Virus record (IMG/VR): IMGVR_UViG_2579778535_000003
Direction: 5' to 3' (one strand)
Length of the DNA stretch: 5,702 bases
Source of the DNA: a virus
Taxonomy: Duplodnaviria; Heunggongvirae; Uroviricota; Caudoviricetes
The translations under genes were made by a program, and so were the position numbers. Numbering within the stretch: position 1 is the first letter of the stretch; every line of letters begins with the position of its first letter. The notes under the pieces were generated by a model. That model saw only the letters and a list, made by a program, of their open reading frames with translations, searched no databases and was not told the DNA's origin. Shown piece after piece: positions 5,575 through 5,702 of this stretch.

Positions 5575-5702
5575 GGTTAAGCGCGGGTGCGTTGAGGATG
5601 CCGACACACCAGAGGTGGCGAGGGATTTCTCCCCCGCCAGGTCTCTTACTCCTCAGGTTCGTAAGCTGTGAAGACAGCGACCTCCGTCTGGCCGGTTCGG
5701 AT

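Noticed and set aside
5482-5607. N-terminal extension of the nin-region ORF to 5607
   Set aside because: Starts at a GTG and spans a terminator-like hairpin; the ATG at 5481 is preferred.
1-5702. CRISPR array, integrase, transposase or insertion-sequence ends
   Set aside because: No spacer-repeat array, no recombinase-like ORF and no terminal inverted repeats flanking the cargo were seen. The cargo boundaries show only the short palindromic tandem repeat.

Overview
This window reads as the late-regulatory end of a lambdoid prophage, with the backbone genes on the minus strand. From high to low coordinates: a small basic hypothetical protein, a DUF968/HNH-like protein, the RusA Holliday-junction resolvase, a Q-family antiterminator, then a small ORF, an orphan beta-class DNA methyltransferase and two tandem tRNA genes. 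Between Q and that late region sits an AT-rich, oppositely oriented two-gene operon with its own sigma70-like promoter: a 343-aa soluble protein overlapping a 179-aa four-helix membrane protein. I recognise neither protein. The architecture (soluble partner plus small 4-TM protein, as in lambda RexA/RexB) and the position make this the best candidate for an undescribed defence or abortive-infection module. All calls are from reading the sequence by hand; no searches were run, and hand-placed hairpin and promoter coordinates may be off by 1-2 nt (ORF coordinates follow the supplied track).
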